Position numbers and translations under genes: made by a program
Source of the DNA: Candidatus Eiseniibacteriota bacterium
GTDB taxonomy: Bacteria > Eisenbacteria > RBG-16-71-46
Length of the DNA: 64,000 nucleotides
Assembly (NCBI GenBank): GCA_963717935.1
Contig: CAVQXP010000004.1
Span: forward strand, 864,001 to 928,000
Direction of reading: 5' to 3'
Part shown: positions 1 to 11,400 of the stretch, piece after piece
Numbering within the stretch: the first letter of the stretch is position 1
Layout: the number at the start of each line of letters is the position of its first letter
Notes under the pieces: model-generated
The model's input: the letters and a program-made list of their open reading frames with translations, nothing else
Databases searched by the model: none
What the model was told of the DNA's origin: nothing

Positions 1-250
1 GTTCATCCGCGACCCGAAGTCCGACGCGGTGCTCAAGGAGCGGCTGCGGAAGGCCGGCGTGGAGCCCGCGAGGTACGTGTCCGGGGCCGGCAGGAAGGCG
101 GCGAGGACCTCGAAGATGGTCGAGGCCGCCAGGCCGGCCGTGAAGCGCGCGAAGCCGGTGGCCCGGAAGGCCGCGGAGAAGCCGAAGGCCCGCCGCGGGC
201 GGGTCGCGGGCCGGGCGAGGAAGAAGAAGCGCGTAGCGGAGGTCCGATGA
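1..250 (+). CDS. 3' end of an unidentified gene with a Lys/Arg/Ala-rich C-terminal tail (partial)
   Basis: Frame is open from the window edge (FIRDPKSDAVLKERLRKAG...RARKKKRVAEVR); its TGA overlaps the tmk ATG (ATGA). Confidence 0.6.
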   Translation, partial: FIRDPKSDAVLKERLRKAGVEPARYVSGAGRKAARTSKMVEAARPAVKRAKPVARKAAEKPKARRGRVAGRARKKKRVAEVR

Positions 251-879
251 GCGGCCTGTTCGTGACGTTCGAGGGGGGCGAGGGCTCCGGCAAGTCCACG
301 CAACTCGCCCGCCTGGCCGCGCGGCTGCGCACCCGCGGCATCGAGCCGCTCGTCACGCGCGAGCCCGGTGGCACGGCGCTCGCGGAGGGCATCCGCGAGT
401 TGCTGCTCGACCCGGCGCGCGGCCCGGGCGCGATCTCCGAGGCCCTGCTCATGGAGGCCGCGCGCGCCGACCTGGTCGCGAATCTCGTGCGCCCGGCGCT
501 GGAGGCCGGGCGGGTCGTCCTGTGCGACCGCTACGACGACTCGACGCTCGCCTACCAGGGTGCGGGCCGCGGCCTCGATCCCGGCCTGCTGGCGATCCTG
601 AACGAGGCGGCCACGGGCGGGCTCGAGCCCGGTCTCACGCTGCTCTACGACGTGCCGCCCGTGGTGGGCCTCGCGCGTCGCGAGCGCGCCGCGGGCGAGA
701 CGAACCGGCTGGACCGCGAGCCCGCCGATTTCCACCTGCGCGTGCGCCGGTGTTTCCTCGACCTGGCTGCTGCCGAGCCGGAGCGCTGGGTGGTGCTGGA
801 CGCCACGGCCACGCCGGACGAGCTGGAGCGGCTCGGCTGGGCCGCGCTCGAGGAGCGGCTCGCCGCGGCCGGCCGCTGA
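247..879 (+). CDS. tmk: thymidylate kinase
   Basis: FVTFEGGEGSGKSTQ P-loop, TREPGGT, CDRYxDSTLAYQG. Confidence 0.97.
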   Translation: MSGLFVTFEGGEGSGKSTQLARLAARLRTRGIEPLVTREPGGTALAEGIRELLLDPARGPGAISEALLMEAARADLVANLVRPALEAGRVVLCDRYDDSTLAYQGAGRGLDPGLLAILNEAATGGLEPGLTLLYDVPPVVGLARRERAAGETNRLDREPADFHLRVRRCFLDLAAAEPERWVVLDATATPDELERLGWAALEERLAAAGR

Positions 880-914
880 GCGTGCCCCGGGGAAGGGGCC
901 GGACGATCCTCCTA

Positions 915-923
915 TGCTATATT
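915..923 (+). promoter_or_regulatory. putative extended -10 promoter element for ctpA
   Basis: TGcTATATT in a very GC-rich intergenic region about 85 nt upstream of the start. Confidence 0.4.
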
Positions 924-1008
924 CGGCCATTCGCAGGCCGTTCCTGAACTTTCCCCGGGCCATCCGGGCTCATTCGAGCCGCGAGCCGGTGCCCTCGAAG
1001 GACGTGCC

Positions 1009-2623
1009 GTGATCCGACGTCGCATGGTCCTCGCCACTCTCCTGGTCGTCCTCTTCGCCCTCGGCTGGTGGGCCGGGCGCGTCGCCTCGCGCGACCTGTA
1101 CGCGGACCTCGACCTGTTCGTCGAGGTGCTGCACAAGGTCGAGGCGAACTACGTGGACCCGGTCGAGCCGTCGTCCCTCATGGAGGGCGCCATCAAGGGG
1201 ATGCTGCGGCAACTCGATCCCCACTCGCAGTACCTCGATGAGAAGGCCTACGCCAACCTCAGGAGCATGACCGAGGGCACCTTCGGCGGCATCGGCGTCG
1301 AGGTGAACGTGCGCGACGGCTACCCCACCGTGATCGCCCCGATCGAGGGCACGCCCGCCTGGGAGGCCGGCCTGCGCTCCGGCGACGTCATCGTGCAGAT
1401 CGACGGCAAGTCCACCTACGGCCTGACCGTCACGGACGCCGCCGACCGGCTGCGCGGCCCCGACGGCACCCGGGTCCGCGTCATGGTGAGCCGCGAGGGC
1501 GAGGACGAGGACCACGAGGTGACGCTCGTCCGCCGCGTCATCGAGCGCAAGGCGGTCCCGTACGCCTTCGTGGCGGAGGACAGCATCGGCTACCTGAGGC
1601 TCTCTGCCTTCTCGGAGCGCACCGCCGAGGAGACGCGCACCATGCTCGAGCTTCTGGGCAGGCAGGGGGCGCGCAGCCTGGTGCTCGACCTGCGCATGAA
1701 TCCCGGCGGGCTGCTCGACCAGGCCGTGGGGGTCGCCGAGGCGTTCGTGGCGCGCGGGACGATGGTGGTCTACACGCACGGTCGCGTCCGCAGCGAGGAC
1801 AGTCGCTACTACGCGGACGAGCCCAGGCCGAACCTGCAGTGGCCCGTCGTCGTGCTGGTGGACGGCGGCAGTGCCTCGGCCTCCGAGGTCGTGGCCGGGG
1901 CGCTGCAGGATCTGGACCGGGCGCTGCTCGTGGGCAGCACGACCTTCGGCAAGGGCTCGGTGCAGCGCGTCTTCTCGCTGCGCGACCAGAAGGCCGCGCT
2001 CAAGCTCACGACCGCCCTCTACTACACGCCGAGCGGCCGCTCGATCGATCGCGCCACGCACGATTCGCTCCTGGACGAGGAGGACGCGGCGGAGGATCCG
2101 GCCCTGCCGTCCGCGCCCGACTCCGCGCCCCGGCCGCTCTTTCGCACGCGGGCCGGCCGGACCGTGTACGGCGGTGGCGGCATCACGCCGGACATGATCG
2201 TCGTGCCGGACACGCTCGCCGGTCTGCCGCGCCGCGTCGAGTCGCGCAACCTCGCCTTCCGCTTCGCCAACCGCTGGCTCAACACGCACCCGCAGCCGCA
2301 GCCCGACATGACGGTGGCGGTGCCGTGGACGGAGTTCCTGGCCTGGCTGCGCGAGGAGAAGGTCGAGTTCACGGCCGCTGAGGCTGCGTCCGGACGCGCC
2401 CGTGCTCGAGCGTGCGGTGCGCCGCGAGATGGCGCGCCGGATGCTGGGCGACGGGGCCGCGGCGCGCGTGGCGCTCGAAGGCGACCCGGCGTGGGCGCGC
2501 GCCCGCGCGGTGCTGGCGCGCGCGCGCGCGCCGCGCGACGTGTTCGCCGCGGTGATGCCGGGGGCGGTGCCGGCGCGCAAGGCGCCGGTGAAGCCCCTCG
2601 TGCGCGGGGCCGTGGCGCGCTGA
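1009..2623 (+). CDS. ctpA: S41 family C-terminal processing peptidase (one apparent +1 frameshift near 2390)
   Basis: N-terminal hydrophobic segment, LDPHSQY, FGGIG PDZ, DLRMNPGGLL, SASASEVVAGALQD, TFGKGSVQ, GGITPD; C-terminus continues in ORF 2402..2623. Confidence 0.92.
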
Positions 2624-2624
2624 G

Positions 2625-3278
2625 ATGGCGCGCGCCTTCCTTTGCGACTTCGACGGCACCATCTCGCCGACCGACATCGGCGCGGCCTTCGCGCGCGCCT
2701 TCTCGCCGGGGGGCGCGGCCGAGCACGAAGGCCTGCTCGGGCCCTGGGCGAGCGGCGAGCTGGGGCACCGGGAGCTGACCGAGATGCAGTGCCGGCTGAT
2801 CTCGGCGACGGCCGGGGAGGCGCTGGCCTTCGCGCGTGGTTTCGAATTGGATCCGCACTTCGCGCCTTTCGTGCGCGAGGCGGAGGCCCGCGGTGACCCG
2901 GTGATGGTGGTGAGCGAGGGTTTCGACTTCTACGTCGCCGACCAGCTCGCGCGCGCGGGGCTGCAGGACGTGCCCTTCGCCGCGAACCGCCTGCGCTTCG
3001 AGCCGGGCCGCGTGGTGCCGGAGTTCCCCTGGAGCGCCGACGGCTGTGGACGGTGCGGCAACTGCAAGGGGCAGCACGTGCGTCACTGGCGCGGGCGCGG
3101 CTTCGAGACGGTGCTCGTGGGGGACGGGCTCTCGGACCGCTGTGGGGCCCGCGAGGCCGACCGGGTCGTCGCGCGCGGCGACCTGCTCGAGTGGTGCGCC
3201 CGGGAGGGCATCGCCGCCCGCCGGTTCGACGACTTCGCCGACGTGGCCGCCATCGCCCGCGAATGGGCGGGAGCGTGA
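2625..3278 (+). CDS. MtnX-like HAD-IB phosphatase
   Basis: CDFDGTI motif I, VVSEGFDFY, CGxCK, VGDGLSDRC. Confidence 0.85.
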   Translation: MARAFLCDFDGTISPTDIGAAFARAFSPGGAAEHEGLLGPWASGELGHRELTEMQCRLISATAGEALAFARGFELDPHFAPFVREAEARGDPVMVVSEGFDFYVADQLARAGLQDVPFAANRLRFEPGRVVPEFPWSADGCGRCGNCKGQHVRHWRGRGFETVLVGDGLSDRCGAREADRVVARGDLLEWCAREGIAARRFDDFADVAAIAREWAGA

Positions 3279-3545
3279 CGCTGGCGTTGGCGAGGCAGGG
3301 GCCACGGGGCTCGCAGCGGGGATGCTGCGCTCCGCCAACGCCCGCGATTGGGCGGGCGTCTGATGCTGCCCCGGGCGACGCAGGGGACACAGGGCCCTCC
3401 GCGGGGACGCTGCGCGCCGCCAGCGCCCGCGCTGCGCGCGGGCTTTCCCTGGCGGTGCTCGCTCCCCGGCAAACCCCTGGCCGACACATCCTGTGTCGGC
3501 CAGGGCCGGGACCCCCGCTGCGAGCCCCGTGTCCCCTGCGTCGCC
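3247..3545. repeat. REP/BIME-like cluster: about 2.3 direct copies with 85-bp period, one inverted copy and a perfect hairpin
   Basis: CCGCCAnCGCCCGCG at 3247, 3332 and 3417; 3289-3321 matches the reverse complement of 3513-3545 at 31 of 33 positions; 14-bp stem CCCTGGCCGACACA-tcc-TGTGTCGGCCAGGG at 3475-3505. Confidence 0.8.
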
Positions 3546-3624
3546 CTCCGACTCCCCGGAGCACGCCGCCTCCGGCCCGGGCGCACGGCGGCGCGGCCTG
3601 ATGGCAAGCGCTACACTGACGGCC

Positions 3625-4693
3625 ATGCGCATCGGCGACATCCTCTTCGACTCCCCGTTCCTGCTGGCGCCGCTCGCCGGCGTGAGCGACTCGCCCTTCC
3701 GCCGGCTGGCACGCGAGCAGGGCGCCTCCGGGGTCGTGACCGAGATGGTCTCGGCCGACGGGTTGGTCCGCGGTCAGAAGGCCACGCTCGAGTACCTGCC
3801 GCTTCGAGCCGGAGGAGCGCCCGATCGGCGTGCAGCTCTTCGGCGCCGACCCCGGCGTGATGGCGGCCGCGGCGCGCGCGCTGTGCGCGCTGCCGACCGC
3901 CGAGCGTCCGGACTGGATCGACGTCAACATGGGCTGCCCGGTGCGCAAGGTGGTGAACCGCAGGGCTGGCGCGGCCCTGCTCACGGACCTGCCGTTGCTC
4001 TCGGAGATCGTGCGCCGCATGGCCGAGGCGAGCACCCTGCCCATCACCGCCAAGATCCGGCTGGGCTGGGACGGGACCTCGTCCAACGTGGTCGAGGTGG
4101 CGCGCGCGCTCGAGGAGGCGGGGGCGCAGGCCGTGGCGATCCACGCCCGCACCCGCGCCCAGAAGTTCGGGGGCGAGCCGCAGTGGGAGCTGATCGGCGA
4201 GGTGAAGCGGTCGGTCGGCATCCCGGTCATCGGCAACGGCGACGTGCGGGTGCCCGAGGACGCGGTGCGCATGCTCGAGACCACGGGCTGCGACGGCGTC
4301 ATGCTCGGGCGCGCGGCGTTCGGCGACCCCTGGATCTTCCGGCGGGTGCGCGCCTTCTGGGAGCGCGGTGAGCGGCTGCCGCTGCCGACCGCGGCCGAGC
4401 GGCTCGAAGCGGGCATGCGGCACCTGCGTCTGCTGGTCGAGTGGGCGGGGCCCGATGCGGCCACGCGCGAGATGCGCAAGCACGTGGCCTGGTACGTCAA
4501 GGGGCTGCCGCACAGCGCGCGCGTGCGCGAGCAGGCGAACCACACGCGTGCGGCGGACGAGCTGACCACGCTGCTGCGCGGCTACCTCGAGGAACTCGAG
4601 GGTTGCGGCCCCGAGACGTGCGCGGAACGCGCGGCGCCCGCCGCACCCGCGGACGGTCCCGCCCGTCCGGAGGTCCCGCATGCGGCCGGCTGA
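3625..4693 (+). CDS. dusB: tRNA-dihydrouridine synthase B (apparent +1 frameshift near 3800)
   Basis: LAPLAGVSDSPFR, TEMVS, QLFG, DVNMGCPVRKV, IHARTRAQ, IGNGDV, GVMLGR, EMRKHVAWY. Confidence 0.93.
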
Positions 4694-5456
4694 GCTGAAG
4701 CGCCTGCTCGAGCGCGTGCGGCGCGGGCGCGTGAGCCCCGCCGAGGCCGCGCGGCTGATCGACGAGGCGCCGCTCGAACAGCTCGCCTTCGCCACGCTCG
4801 ACCACCAGCGCGCGCTGCGCACCGGTTTCCCCGAGGTGATCCTCGGTCTGGGCAAGACGCCGGGACAACTGGTGGCGATCGCGGGTCGCCTGTTCGAGAA
4901 GGGTGGCCCGGTGCTGGCGACACGCGTCGACGAGGCCGGGCGCGCCGCGCTCGCGCGGGCCTTCCCGCAGGCCGTGCTGCACGAGCTGGCGCGCTGCGTC
5001 GTGCTGCCGCGCAGGCGTGCCCGGGGCGTCCGCCGGGTCCCCGGCGGCACGGGCTCGGTGCTGGTGGTGTGCGCCGGCACCGCCGACCTGCCGGTGGCCG
5101 AGGAGGCGCTGGTCACGGCCCGGGTCATGGGCAGCCGGGCCGAGCTCATCGCCGACGTGGGCGTGGCGGGGCTCCATCGCCTGCTGGCACACCGGCAGCG
5201 CCTGCGGGGCGCGCGCGTGATCGTCGTGGTGGCGGGCCTCGAGGGCGCGCTTGCGAGCGTGGTGGGCGGGCTCGTGGACCGCCCGGTCATCGCCGTCCCC
5301 ACGAGCGTGGGCTACGGCGCTCACTTCCGCGGTCTCGCGCCGCTGCTGGCCATGCTCAACTCCTGCGCGGCGGGGATCACCGTGGTGAACGTGGACAACG
5401 GCTTCGGGGCGGGCTACGCGGCCCACCTGGTGAACATCGCGGCCCGGCGCCGCTAG
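4680..5456 (+). CDS. larB: nickel-pincer cofactor biosynthesis protein LarB
   Basis: DHQRALRTGFPEVI, AGTADLPVAEEA, DVGVAGLHRL, AGLEGALASVVGG, PTSVGYGA, VVNVDNGFGA. Confidence 0.95.
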   Translation: MRPAELKRLLERVRRGRVSPAEAARLIDEAPLEQLAFATLDHQRALRTGFPEVILGLGKTPGQLVAIAGRLFEKGGPVLATRVDEAGRAALARAFPQAVLHELARCVVLPRRRARGVRRVPGGTGSVLVVCAGTADLPVAEEALVTARVMGSRAELIADVGVAGLHRLLAHRQRLRGARVIVVVAGLEGALASVVGGLVDRPVIAVPTSVGYGAHFRGLAPLLAMLNSCAAGITVVNVDNGFGAGYAAHLVNIAARRR

Positions 5457-5506
5457 CCTGGACGATTCATGACGCGGGCCCTGAAGGGTCCCGGCCGTGG
5501 GGAGGC

Positions 5507-6713
5507 ATGAGCATGCGCATCGCCTGGTTCGACTGCTTCTCGGGCATCAGCGGGGACATGACGCTGGGGGCGCTGGTCTCGGCGGGCTGGCCGGCCGGGG
5601 ATCTGCAGTCGCTGCCGGGACGGCTCGGCCTCGAGGGGGTGCGGGTCGGGGTGAAGGACGTGCGCCGCGGTCCCCTGGCAGCGCTCCAGGTGGAGGTCGT
5701 GATCGAGGCGGCGCGGCAGCCGCACCGCCACCTGCGTCACGTCGAGGAAGTGCTCGGCCGCGCGGACCTGCCGGACGCGGTGCGCGAGCGCTCGCTCGCG
5801 GTCTTTCGCCGTCTGGCCGGGGCGGAGGCCGAGGTGCACGGCACCAGCGTGGAGCAGGTGCACTTCCACGAGGTGGGTGCCGCCGATGCCCTGGTGGACG
5901 TGGCCGGGGCGATGCTCGGGCTCGAGCACCTGGGGATCGACGCGGGTCCACGCCTCGCCGCCCCGGCTCGGGCGGGGCAGCGTGCGGTCCGAGCACGGCC
6001 TGATCCCGGTCCCGGCCCCTGCGACCGCGCTGCTCCTGCGGGGCGCACCCGTGGAGATCGGCGAGGTGGAGAGCGAACTCACGACGCCCACGGGCGCCGC
6101 GCTGCTCGCGACACTGGTCGAGGACTGGGGGCCGCCGCCCGCGTTCCGGCTCGAGCGCGTGGGCACGGGCGCGGGGTCGCGCGAGCTGGCCGGGCAGCCC
6201 AACGTGCTGCGCGTGCTCGTCGGCGAGGCCGGGGAGGGGGCCGGCGCGGGGTCGCTGCGGCACCGCCGGGTGGCCGTGCTCGAGACCGCGCTCGACGATG
6301 AGAACCCGCAGTACGTGGGGGCGCTGCTGCCGCGCCTGCTCGCCGCGGGCGCGCTGGACGCGATGGTGGTGCCGAGCGTGATGAAGAAGGGCCGGCCCGG
6401 GATGTGGCTGGTCGTCATCGCCGAACCGGACCATGCGGACGCGCTGGCGCGATTGCTCCTGGCCGAGACCACCAGCCTGGGCGTGCGCGTGCGCCACGAC
6501 GAGCGCGTGGAGTTGGAGCGCAGGGCGGAGCCGGTCGAGACCCCGTTCGGGCGCGTCCTGCTCAAGGTGGCGTCCCTGCCCGGCGGGGGTGAGCGGGCCG
6601 TGCCCGAGTTCGAGTCGGTGCGCGAGGCTGCCGAGCGCGCCGGCCGGCCGCTGCGCGAGGTGGCCGAGGCGGCGCTGGCCGCCTGGCGTGGACGGGGCGG
6701 AGCCGGCCGGTGA
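5507..6713 (+). CDS. larC: nickel-pincer cofactor biosynthesis protein LarC (apparent +1 frameshift near 5945; start 5507 or 5513)
   Basis: FDCFSGISGDMTLGAL, AEAEVHG, VHFHEVGAADALVD, HGLIPVPAPAT, ELTTPTGAA, MKKGRPG, ETTSLGVR, PEFE. Confidence 0.93.
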
Positions 6714-8081
6714 GCCTGCTCTCGGCCCGGGACCTGTGGGTGGCCCCGCCCGCCGAGGGACCGCAGCGTCAGGGCGCCCCGGAGGCGGTCGTCCGCGGGT
6801 TCTCCCTCGAGCTGGGAGCTGGCGAGTGGCTGGCGGTCTCCGGGGCAAACGGCTGTGGCAAGACGAGTTTGCTCCTCGCGCTGGCGGGTCTCTGGCCGGT
6901 GCGCTCGGGAAGCCTGCTCTTCGAGGATCGGCCGCTCGGCCCCGACGCACCGGGGGAGCGGCGCGCGCGCCTGGCCGTGGTCCTGCAGGACCCGTCGAGC
7001 CAGCTCCTGCAGCCGACGGTGCGCGAGGAGCTGGCCTTCTCGGCCCTGAACCTGGGACATCGCGCCGGACGAGGTGGCCGGCGAGGTCGCACGCTGGAGC
7101 GACCGGCTGGGGCTGGCAGGCGACCTCGAGCGCGACCCCCAGCAGCTCTCGGCAGGGCGGCAGCAAGTGGTCCTTCTGGCTGCGGCGCTCACCTCGCAAC
7201 CGACGTTGTTGCTGGCGGATGAGCCCGCTGCGCACCTCGACTGCGCGACCCGGCGGCTGGTGCTCGAGCTGGTGCGCGGGGAGGTGGACCGCGGGCTCTC
7301 CGTGGTCTGGGTGACCCAGGACGCCGGTGAGATGGCGAGCGCCGACCGCAGCCTGAACCTTGGCGGCTGCGAGGTGGCCGGGCCCGCTCGGGCCGCGGGG
7401 GCCGCGGGCGCGCCATCCGGCCCGCTCCTCACGCTGTGCGTCTCACCGTGGGACGGCGGTGGCGGCCCCGCCGTGAAGACGTCCGTCGCGCTCGAGATCC
7501 CCGTTGCAAAGACGGGGGTTACGGCGATCGAGGGCCCCAATGCGGCCGGCAAGAGCGTGCTGCTCGCGGTGGCAGCCGGGGTCCTGCGCCTGGAGCAGGT
7601 GCAGGTGGTTGGCGGGGCCGACCCGGCCTCACCGCCCATCCTTTCCTCGCAGTACCCGGAACTGGAGATCTTCGAGGAAAAGGCCGGGGACGAGGTGGCC
7701 TACGCCGCGATCAGCCGGGGCGTCCCGCGCGCGATGGCCCTCGGGCGGGCGGCCCTGCTCCTCGAGCGCCTGGGGCTTGGGGCGGATGGGGTGCTCGAGC
7801 GCCATACCTGGGGGTTCTCGGGCGGCGAAAAACGGCTGCTTTCCCTGGCTGCCGCCCTCATCGCCCCGGCCTCGCTGTACGTGCTGGACGAGCCCACCGC
7901 CGGGCTCGATTCCGGCCGGCGCCTGGCCCTTGCGGGGATCGTGGAGGAGTTGTCCCGGAGCGCTCCGGTCCTGCTCGCCAGCCAGGACGGGGCGTGGCTG
8001 GCCGGGCTGGCCGCCCGCCGCCACCGGCTGGGTGGGCCGCCCCTCCCCCCGGATGCAAGTCCCAGCAAAAAAACGGATTGA
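6710..8081 (+). CDS. duplicated ABC ATPase, ECF/CbiO-like (apparent +1 frameshift near 7065)
   Basis: Two Walker A motifs (GANGCGKT, GPNAAGKS), Q-loop LQDPSSQLLQPTVREELAF, signatures LSAGRQQ and FSGGEKR, Walker B LADEP and VLDEP. Confidence 0.82.
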
Positions 8082-8106
8082 CAAGACCCTGTCGTGAGTC
8101 TAGCCT
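8078..8106 (+). promoter_or_regulatory. sigma70-type promoter for the large secreted protein gene
   Basis: TTGACA-17 bp-TAGCCT, with an A-tract (UP-element-like) immediately upstream. Confidence 0.75.
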
Positions 8107-8457
8107 TTCCTACTGCTGGGGTAGATGGTGCGTCCTTATTGAAACCCCCAGGAGCACCTCAAGTTCCGCGGTCATGGGTGACGCAGGAGCTGGCAGCGGT
8201 TCCCGCGTGGCTTCATGGCTCACGACGAGATCGCGCATAAGAATGTGCCGTGCACTCGCCTGAACTGCCTAAGGGCGATGCCGGCAGCGGGAAGGGGGGG
8301 ATAGGCACTCGACTGGCGCAGTAATCAGCCGTCGGAGCCCGGACACGTAGTGTCCGCGGGCGTTCCGTCGGCCGATTCGTTTCCGGCGACACCTCGCTCG
8401 CAATCCATTCCGGAACACTTCGCATTGCCCAAGCATTGCGACGATGGAGGTAGTCAC

Positions 8458-11400
8458 ATGAGAAAGTCGTTTGTCGCGCTTGCCCTTCTCGTGGGGGCGG
8501 CGACGATCTGGACGACCCTGGCAGTTGCGCGGGACTCGCGTGATGAGGGCATGAAGTTGATGAACGCCCGCACCGCGCAGATGCAGCTGACGCGCGCCGC
8601 CCGGCTCGGCACGTCGGCATTCTCGGACACGGTGTTCGTCGGTCACACGACCATCGCGCCCTTCAGCGAGCCGTTCCACGTCGGCCGCGGTCCCTACCGC
8701 CCCGGCGTCGATGGCAACTTCGACGGTGCATGGGACTTTGACGACTACGACGGTGGCGCGATCGACTCGATGCAGGGTTGGGTCCAGACCGTCACGCCCA
8801 ATACGCGTACCTCCGGCACGATCGCCGATTACCTCCGTCCGTGGAACTGTCTGGACTGGGGCAACCGGCTGAACGTGGCGCCCGTCCAGGGCCGCACGGC
8901 TGGCATCATCGGCGTCTGGCACGTGGACGGCGGTGTGTACCTGCCGAGCACCGGCTTCGCCGGCGCTTCGCCCACGTGGGCCCCGCTTGCCGGCGACGCG
9001 TCGGCGTGGTGCGGCCTGCGCGCGGGCGATGATGCATCCGTCATCGAGAGCAAGACGCTCGGCGGCACCGGCAACGCCATCCATGGCGAGACGCTCTACG
9101 GTGTCATCGGCGACGGCATCAACTTCACGCAGCACAACTTCCCGGGCTACGCCAACCAGTGGGACCAGATGCTGTACCGGGACGTGCGTGTCGCCACCGG
9201 CGGCTCGCTGACCATCAGCTTCCTGTACGAGACCGAGATGGACCCTCGGACGAACTCGCTCGCGAGCTCGTGCAAGGGCTGGTTCGACCGTGACCCGCTG
9301 AGCATGCAGCAGGGCGGGAGCGGGGCCGGCGCCAGCAACTTCATCAGCGCCACGGACTATCTGGGCACCGAGTTCGCGGCTGGACCGGTGGACTCGTTCA
9401 TGGTCTACGTGGGCGTTCCCACGAACCCGACGGCCTGCCAGTACGCCGACGGCAACGCCCCGCGGCCGATCTTCGACCTGAAGCGCCGCTGGTTCTCCGA
9501 AGTCATCTCGATCACCAAGCCGTACAAGGAGATCCTGAGCACGTTCGGCTCGGACTCCAGGTACGCGACTTCGGCCTTCACGTACGTCCTGACCAACGCG
9601 GTCATCCAGCCGATGCTCACCGCGCAGGGCGCGGCGGACGGCGGTGGCGTGATCCGCATCGTTTTCCGCTCCAAGACCAACGCGAACTTCTCCGATGAGA
9701 CGAACACGGGTGGTTCGTTCATCTCGACCAACAAGGGCGCCGTCCGCATCGACGACGTGGCGATCTCGGGCTGCACGCCGGCGTTCACCACGAGTGGCTT
9801 CGAGGCGGAGAGCGAGATCAACAACACGGTCGAGCCTGCCAACTCGGCAACGCCCGGCCCGGCCGTCGGCCAGGGCTACGCGCTTGCTGCCTGGCACTCG
9901 ACGGGCAAGCCGCCGAAGCACATGGCGCACACGCACCCGCTGTACGGCGGTTACATCGGCGAGAACAACTACTACTCGCCGCTGGCCTATGCCGACATGT
10001 GCGGAGCGCCGGATGCGCCGGTCCGCTGGTGCAACATCTACAACGTGATCATGTCGTCGACCGACCACGACCTCGGCGAGGCCGCGGGCGGCGCGATCGG
10101 CACGCCGTTCCAGGAGAACCGGAACGGGTTCCTGTCGCCGACGATCAACCTGGTCACGCCGGAAATGCCGGGCTTGAACAACTGCGGCATCGACCGGCTC
10201 CACGCCGAGACGAACACGGAGTGGTGGATCTACTTCGACATCTACACGGGCATCTTCGACATCACCAAGCAGGGCAACGTCTGGGCCAGTTCGATGATGA
10301 GTTGGCCGACGGTGCAGGCGAACGGGGCCACCGTGTGGGGCGACGTCGGCTACCTCACGGGCGTCTGGTACAACCCCGACAAGCAGTGCTTCACGAATAC
10401 GGACGTGCTGCGGGCGTACATGTTCACGTCGAACCCGAGCGGCATCCCGGATTCGTGCAAGCTGTGGATCTTCCGCGAGCAGCGCTGCATCACCTGGACC
10501 GTGACCAGCGGTTGCTCGCCCACGGACGGCCACTACACGGACAACGTCGCTCTGGCCCTGCCGCCGCCGACAACCGGAGCGGCCGACCAGATCAGCATCG
10601 ACATCTGGGACTGGTACACCGACGCCTTCCCGGTCAACGAGACGGCTGGGCTGCCGGGCACCCTGGGGTTTGACACCTGCGGTGCGTACATTCAGAACGG
10701 CCGCAACAACGCGCCGAATACCGGCGATCTCCTGCGCTTCGACGTCCCCGGTGACTCCATGTACATCAAGGGTCAGAATGCCACCGGGACGCCCATGCGG
10801 ATGGACTGCGTGTTCCGCATCTACCCCGGTCCCGGCAACTACATGACCGTCGGCAACAAGGCGACGGCCCTGCGCCAGGTCCCGGCGAGTCGCCACGCCC
10901 GCGGTTTCGGGCGACGGCTCGTTCTGGGGCCAGTACATGGCGAACAACGGTGAGTACGGCTCGCCGGCCGGACACGCCGGTGGGGTCTGGAGCGTGGATA
11001 TCTGGAACAGCGTCCGCTGCGACACCGTCGAACTCAACTACTTCCCGGTGGATGGACGCACGCCCAACATCCCCGCCATCCAGGCGGACTTCTTCCAGAC
11101 CACCCTTCACGAGGACGACCCGCACTTCGCGGCGCTGGGCATCCTCAAGAACCGCTGCTTCCTGATCGACACCCTCGGATCAATCGATCACACGAACACC
11201 ACCTGCTCCACGGTGCCGGTGTGGTTGACGACCGTGCCGCAGGACCGCACGGGCTACGACGGCGTGCAGACGACCGTGGAGTACACGAAGATCTTCCCCG
11301 ACGGGCTCCTGACGGCGGGTTCGCACGTCGAGTACTTCTTCCGTCTGGCGCACACGTCCACTCCGACGGTCTTCGTCATGGCCCCGGACACGAACAAGAT

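Noticed and set aside
3247..3545. 85-bp periodic repeat as a CRISPR array
   Set aside because: Only about 2.3 degenerate units, no unique spacers, an inverted copy present and no cas genes.
970..4569. Long antisense and alternative-frame ORFs (970..4569, 8269..11037, 24893..27580, 36591..39236, 41202..44684 and others)
   Set aside because: Arg/Ala/Pro/Gly-rich shadow ORFs expected at this GC content; they overlap well-supported genes and contain no motifs.
8255..8300. c-di-GMP-I riboswitch in the long leader (CCTAAGGG...GGCAGC)
   Set aside because: The P1 GGCAAA/GNRA-loop and GACGCAAAG elements are not recognisable; only a short motif resembles it.
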